Origin: Colwellia polaris
GTDB lineage: Archaea; Nanohalarchaeota; Nanosalinia; Nanosalinales; Nanosalinaceae
DNA: 64,000 nucleotides
Assembly (NCBI GenBank): GCA_047617785.1
Contig: JBLGBK010000002.1
Span: 1-64,000 of the forward strand
Direction of reading: 5' to 3'
Below the pieces are notes generated by a model that was not told the origin of the DNA, searched no databases, and was given only the letters and a program-made list of their open reading frames with translations. Position numbers and translations under genes: made by a program. Of the stretch, positions 64,000 to 64,000 are shown in pieces (positions within the stretch are counted from its first letter, which is position 1; each line of letters starts with the position of its first letter).

Positions 64000-64000
64000 T

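Overview
Compact archaeal chromosome segment with a strongly acidic (salt-in) proteome, short intergenic spacers and a stand-alone 23S rRNA gene. It most likely comes from a Nanohaloarchaeota (DPANN) symbiont; this is an inference. Housekeeping content: 23S rRNA, RNase P RNA, 3 tRNAs, Sec61-beta, a histone, AspRS, Smc-ScpA-ScpB, Rqc2/NFACT, dTTP-synthesis genes (dut, tmk, glyA, thyX), a Hel308 helicase with a LAGLIDADG intein, and a gluconeogenesis/glycogen block. Five things stand out. (1) A membrane-anchored surface fibre built from at least 56 indel-free 20-aa repeats with a near-invariant Arg. (2) A 4062-aa adhesin locus flanked by a multi-pass sensor-like protein, an anchor paralogue, a KaiC-like ATPase and an inactive KaiC-like protein; classical C2H2 zinc fingers occur on two cytoplasmic tails and on the ATPase, suggesting an attachment-coupled signalling system. 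(3) An unannotated box C/D sRNA whose D guide points at the 23S A-loop G2553 encoded in the same window. (4) Patchy exact DNA identity between diverged adhesin repeats. (5) An unusually short Smc. All calls were made by eye from the sequence; no database searches were run.
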